Assembly: GCA_008632985.1 (NCBI GenBank)
Contig: QPGO01000002.1
Span: forward strand, 62,001-126,000
Source: Psammoneis japonica
Lineage: Eukaryota
DNA: 64,000 bases
Direction of reading: 5' to 3'
Under the pieces are notes generated by a model that had not been told where the DNA came from, searched no databases, and saw nothing but the letters and a program-made list of their open reading frames with translations. Of the stretch, positions 63,471-64,000 are shown one piece after another. Each line of letters begins with the position of its first letter. The stretch's first letter is position 1. The translations under genes and the position numbers were made by a program.

Positions 63471-63788
63471 TGTGTCAGATGGCACTGCTGAGATGCGTCA
63501 TGTCAAGGCAACAACTGCGTGGATTTTGTTTTTCTGATTGACATGGCTGTCTCCAGCCCCAATGTGGCAACCACAACATGAGGTCCGTGATGTTGCTGAG
63601 CAGGGGATCCAGCTTGGCAGTGTCAACTCTGCTTTCCATTGCACCTTCTGCTGTGACCACCAAATGCATCCCCAGCATTGTGCCCATCTTGAGCATCATG
63701 CCTTGAACTGCCATTGCCAGAATCAGTGTTGATGCTGGTGTTCAAGGCAGAGATTTTACAGCTTGCTTCTTCAACCCTTCAACCACCA

Positions 63789-63963
63789 CAGAGCAAATCT
63801 CCACGGGTGGAGATTTGCTCTGCTCAAGGAATTGTGATGTGTCATGCATTTGCATGACAATGCAGTGCACATGTCATGAAAAGGCACATCATGTGCAATC
63901 TGCGTAAAACACACCACAGGCAATTTTTCAATGCAAGCAAATCTCCACCAGCGGAGATTTGCT
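63789..63963. repeat. Two related palindromes AGCAAATCTCC-n-GGAGATTTGCT
   Basis: 16-bp perfect stem at 63789-63822 and 11-bp stem at 63936-63963. Confidence 0.8.
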
Positions 63964-64000
63964 CCAAGGGTGTGGCATTTGCTGCTCCATTGTGATTGTG

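Noticed and set aside
290..64000. Classical fungal RIP
   Set aside because: RIP creates TA and lowers GC. Here TA is lost, and conserved Tyr to Cys/His fixes the opposite direction.
290..64000. CpG methylation decay as the sole cause of the TG/CA excess
   Set aside because: It contributes, but many CGs survive and it cannot turn TAY codons into TGY or CAY.

Overview
Eukaryotic, repeat-dense scaffold with three N-gaps, probably from a diatom (inferred from the TE families: CoDi-like Ty1/copia, Ty3/gypsy, RNase H-bearing non-LTR elements, and a tyrosine-recombinase retroelement). It contains a full-length but decayed gypsy (1091-6296, -) and a full-length decayed copia with a GATCA target-site duplication (16342-23429, +). 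It also holds a second copia relic, three LINE relics, a YR (DIRS/Ngaro-like) relic, a MITE family with 4-bp TSDs, octamer satellites, and a ~16 kb decayed multi-ORF block with a Plavaka/CACTA-like transposase and possible DNA-modification cargo. The main signal is a near-complete, region-wide conversion of TpA to TpG or CpA (A>G / T>C on both strands). Conserved Tyr residues become Cys or His (YLDD to HLDD, GYYH to GCCH, RYLH to RHLH), and paired LTRs differ at TA/TG/CA sites. The process fades gradually into a TA-normal island at about 52-55.9 kb. This looks like a repeat- or heterochromatin-targeted hypermutation system with the opposite polarity to fungal RIP. All assignments are by eye from motifs; no searches or counts were run.
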